This document shows, in pieces, positions 60,756 to 64,000 of a DNA stretch of 64,000 bases (position 1 is the stretch's first letter; every line of letters starts with the position of its first letter). Under the pieces are notes generated by a model. It had not been told where the DNA came from. It worked only from the letters and a program-made list of their open reading frames with translations, and did no database searches. Source of the stretch: an uncultured virus (IMG/VR IMGVR_UViG_3300035208_001228) (taxonomy: Duplodnaviria; Heunggongvirae; Uroviricota; Caudoviricetes); IMG/VR virus record IMGVR_UViG_3300035208_001228. One strand, given 5' to 3'. Both the position numbers and the translations under genes were made by a program.

Positions 60756-63503
60756 TTACCCCTCCCCCCAGAAGAAAGCGCACTCCACGTCCGTGCCCGC
60801 AAGTACGGGCACCAGGCACTCGAAATGGATGCAGTTATTCGCGGAATCGTAACGTGCTGTCTCGACCAGTGCGAGGACAGGCGTTGATGCGACGTATGGC
60901 TGTTGGAAGTCCAACGTTACTGCATCAAACGTCTCCAAATTCAACTTGTTAAGCGGTGTCGTGAACTTCACCCGCTTCCACGTATTGGACATCCGATTAA
61001 GCCGGAACCGGGCGCACGCCTCAACCGCTGCATCTGTATTGAAGATGTAGAAATTGTACCCCGACGCATGGTAGCCATAGCGGTCTACGTTGTTTCGCAA
61101 GAGAAGTGAGTACGCAGGATGGTTCAATGTGCCTGGATCATTGCCCGTGACCCACTGATCGACGTAGGTGACGCCATTCCACACCTTCTCATAGACACGC
61201 TCCAAGTCCGGTTTCGGCAACCGGGACCATGTGACCTTCATCTTCGTGACCAATGATTCAGTCTCCGTCACCTCCACGATGATTCCGGGCTCCGCAAGAA
61301 TGTCACTCTCCGTGATAGTATCGACCGATGTCGGGCGTTGCGGCAAGTACGTGATGTAGACCACCCGATTCTTGACTGTCAACTGGCAGCACGCTTGGAA
61401 GGCGATGTCACGCAGCACATCCAGGACACCTCGCGTGGAGTTAAGCGCGAAATTGGCCGGGTACGGAACCGTACACGCCGCGAAGCTCGCGGCATCGACA
61501 GCCAAGTCGCTATAGTTCTCGATGATCCACTGTAGGATGCTCGTTACGGACGGGCCGATCGTTGACGTGAACGACACGTACAGGTCGTCACTCCAATGTT
61601 CACCGGATAATGTACTGAGCAACACTGGAATCGTCACCAACGTCGCTGTTACCGGGCCGGCTTGGCAGGTTGACACTTGGTAGCTCGGTACATCACGCAA
61701 AACTGGTATCCCGTCTACAGTACACATGGCTTTGACTGCTGTGACGACGCCAGGAGTCAACGACACGGCATAGACAGGTGGCGTGGCACTTGTGATCTGC
61801 GCGCTAGCGCCAGCCGCTATCCACAGATGCTGCAAAATCGGCTCGTAGTTGCTTGTCGTCGGGTTTCCGGTAACAACGGTAGTCTGGCGTTGTGTTGTTA
61901 ATGTGGTCCAAAGCCGCCCGTCGTGGCTTGCGGGGACTCGCGCCGACCAAGACCACGTATCCCACACCTGATTCCTTTTTCCGCCGGGGATTGTCGCTTG
62001 GATGTAATCACCTGCGCCCTCGATCAGGTCGGATGTTGCGTTCAAAGAAGTAGGTGCCGGCGTCAGTACACGCAAGACGGTCCAAGTCCGATTAGGGTAG
62101 GTTACAGGCGCGTCCGTTCTCCATTGGCCGTAAGTCAAGATGTCCTGAAGCGCCGTCCCATACACAGGATCGGCATACATAGTATCCGTCGTAAACTCGT
62201 ACCCAAGTTCCCCGTTCATCACTGTGCCGTCAAGCATTTTCTCGGCGGCGATGCGTAGGTTAGTGGGGTCAATCGAATGGAAAGAATCCTTCGGAGCTAG
62301 CCGCCAGTACGTGATGTCCTGCGGATGCACCGTTCGATTATTCGTCAACTCGTTATACTTTCCTTGGGCGACTTCCTCAAGGTAGCTACTTTGCCGTGAG
62401 TCAATATGCAGCCAGTCACCGACCATACGCCCATAGAAGATGCAGCCATTGATGTTGGCGACAACGCTTCCCTGCGGAAACGCCTCGCCGCCGTGAATCT
62501 GCACCGGATTTGTGCCGTACCCCAACCGATGTGCCTCATCGAGTTGAATCTGGCGGTTGGCCAGCGTCATCTTGTGGTTAGCTTCCCACTCAATTTGTGT
62601 GTTAATCAACTCTACCGCTAGGCGGGTCCACTGCTGCGTATAGGAATTGAATATCCGAGTGTAATTCGCGGCCGCCTGCTGGAACATTTGTCCCACGGCA
62701 CGCTGGGCATTGACATCTGTCGTGCCCATGTACGCTTCGAGCAAGTCGGTGTCCAACGTGACTGGAGTCGCACCAGACCATGTGTACGACATGGCCGCAC
62801 TGATGCCGGCGCTGCTGTAGGTATCGGCCAACTGTTTCAAGAAATCCATCTGCGACAGTGTTTTGTACGCACTGAGGACGAACTCGATTCCAGGTTCGTC
62901 AGGCGCCGTCAGCATCAACTCTTCGCCGCCCAGCACACCCACCGGTTGCAATATGGTTCCCGACACAGGTAGTTGAAGCCGGACAGCCTTGTTCTCGTCA
63001 ACGTGCCCGAATACCATTGGCCATGCCTCGTTCAGACCAACATCAGGCACCACCCCGACAGCCGCGTCGCCGGTGGCGAACCCGCATTCCTGGTCTTCCA
63101 ACTGTGATACAATGGTGAGCGTCACAGTCCGGTCACGCTCACTCCAGGTGATGGGTGACATTAGAACGCCGTCGAACAGCAGAAACTGCTCATCGAGCCC
63201 TGTAAACGACTGGTACACACGTGCCGGTCGATGGTGTGGGTCATGTTGATCGAGGATAGCCTTTAGTGTGCCGTCCGTGTCATCCAGCACCACCGTCAGT
63301 TGTGACGAACTAGCGTTTCCAGCGAGGCTCATGGCGTCGTCGAGATCGCTCACCTGGACGATCTTGCCTTGTATGGATTCAACAGTGCGGTCTGCATACA
63401 ACGACACTTTCCCATCCACCCAGTCAACCGCGATGATGGTTATCGGCTCGGCGCCAAGTTTCTGTGTGATTGCCGCCACGCCCGCAGCACTGATAGTTCT
63501 CAT
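60756..63503 (-). CDS. Large minor tail / tail-tip protein
   Basis: 915 aa; WPMVFG, VLRDIAFQAC hub-like segments; context. Confidence 0.6.
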   Translation of the reverse strand: MRTISAAGVAAITQKLGAEPITIIAVDWVDGKVSLYADRTVESIQGKIVQVSDLDDAMSLAGNASSSQLTVVLDDTDGTLKAILDQHDPHHRPARVYQSFTGLDEQFLLFDGVLMSPITWSERDRTVTLTIVSQLEDQECGFATGDAAVGVVPDVGLNEAWPMVFGHVDENKAVRLQLPVSGTILQPVGVLGGEELMLTAPDEPGIEFVLSAYKTLSQMDFLKQLADTYSSAGISAAMSYTWSGATPVTLDTDLLEAYMGTTDVNAQRAVGQMFQQAAANYTRIFNSYTQQWTRLAVELINTQIEWEANHKMTLANRQIQLDEAHRLGYGTNPVQIHGGEAFPQGSVVANINGCIFYGRMVGDWLHIDSRQSSYLEEVAQGKYNELTNNRTVHPQDITYWRLAPKDSFHSIDPTNLRIAAEKMLDGTVMNGELGYEFTTDTMYADPVYGTALQDILTYGQWRTDAPVTYPNRTWTVLRVLTPAPTSLNATSDLIEGAGDYIQATIPGGKRNQVWDTWSWSARVPASHDGRLWTTLTTQRQTTVVTGNPTTSNYEPILQHLWIAAGASAQITSATPPVYAVSLTPGVVTAVKAMCTVDGIPVLRDVPSYQVSTCQAGPVTATLVTIPVLLSTLSGEHWSDDLYVSFTSTIGPSVTSILQWIIENYSDLAVDAASFAACTVPYPANFALNSTRGVLDVLRDIAFQACCQLTVKNRVVYITYLPQRPTSVDTITESDILAEPGIIVEVTETESLVTKMKVTWSRLPKPDLERVYEKVWNGVTYVDQWVTGNDPGTLNHPAYSLLLRNNVDRYGYHASGYNFYIFNTDAAVEACARFRLNRMSNTWKRVKFTTPLNKLNLETFDAVTLDFQQPYVASTPVLALVETARYDSANNCIHFECLVPVLAGTDVECAFFWGEG

Positions 63504-63898
63504 TGCTCGACTCCCTCGAACTCGATCTGAATGACTTGGGACTCTCCGCGCGGCATCGGTGAAATTGCCGGGCGTGCTGCCTCTGGAGTGCTAAACTCAA
63601 AGGGATTGCTCAAGAATCGTCCTGTCCAGACCCGCCCGTGATGGTCCTCCACGCGGATCGTCGAGGCAAAATACGCCAGGATGAAGGCTCGTAGTTCAAG
63701 ACCTTTATTTCGCGTCAACTGGAACGGCCAAATCAGACGTGTCTCACCCTTGCGTTTCACATAGGTATAACGTGTCCCGTCCATTGCTCGTTTGCGTGTC
63801 ACAACAAGCATACGATTCTCCGAGTCGCTGAACTGCGGATTCGGCAACACAATCGCCGTCTGCAATGAAGGTAGGGGTGCCTGTAACGTGAACATCAT
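63500..63898 (-). CDS. Putative distal/minor tail protein
   Basis: RAMDGTRYTYVK; position upstream of the tail-tip gene. Confidence 0.5.
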   Translation of the reverse strand: MMFTLQAPLPSLQTAIVLPNPQFSDSENRMLVVTRKRAMDGTRYTYVKRKGETRLIWPFQLTRNKGLELRAFILAYFASTIRVEDHHGRVWTGRFLSNPFEFSTPEAARPAISPMPRGESQVIQIEFEGVEQ

Positions 63899-64000
63899 AA
63901 CTCCGTGTCAAGTTCGCCTTCAAACTCCAAGTTGATCGTGTAGCTACCGAATCTGTCTTCGATAGCGGGCGCATCTGGGTTGACGATGACGCCACGCCAG

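Overview
This window reads as a segment of a large temperate dsDNA tailed phage. A Planctomycetota-like host is inferred from the integrase style only. Layout: (1) 1-518, a GC-rich composite tandem repeat. (2) ~640-11380, a + strand early/accessory region of small, often decayed ORFs separated by a conserved ~33-nt element (TAACAAGAC..AATTCGGCTCAGGTGAAACATG) and driven by a family of near-identical sigma70 promoters. (3) 11409-13793, a 623-aa Cas12m-like type V effector with intact RuvC D-E-D and a 7-repeat CRISPR array, with no cas1/cas2 in the window. Spacer 1 closely matches that promoter family, including the promoters of the cas gene and an integrase. (4) 14564-18042, two tyrosine integrases, excisionase(s), an ECF sigma factor and an attP-like site holding the 5' half of tRNA-Lys(CTT). 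(5) ~18-54.8 kb, a mostly - strand DNA-metabolism arm: three methyltransferases (two dual-coding, one with an intein that keeps a second frame open), PolA, ligase, SNF2-like helicase, a second sigma factor, DeoC, ClpP and other proteases, and HNH-AP2 endonucleases. (6) A primase-helicase operon and the start of tail genes. Top candidates for novelty are the promoter-targeting CRISPR-Cas12m-like system, the stop-to-start cassette array with evidence of recombination at its element, and the dual-coding intein. All calls come from motif recognition by eye; no database searches were run.
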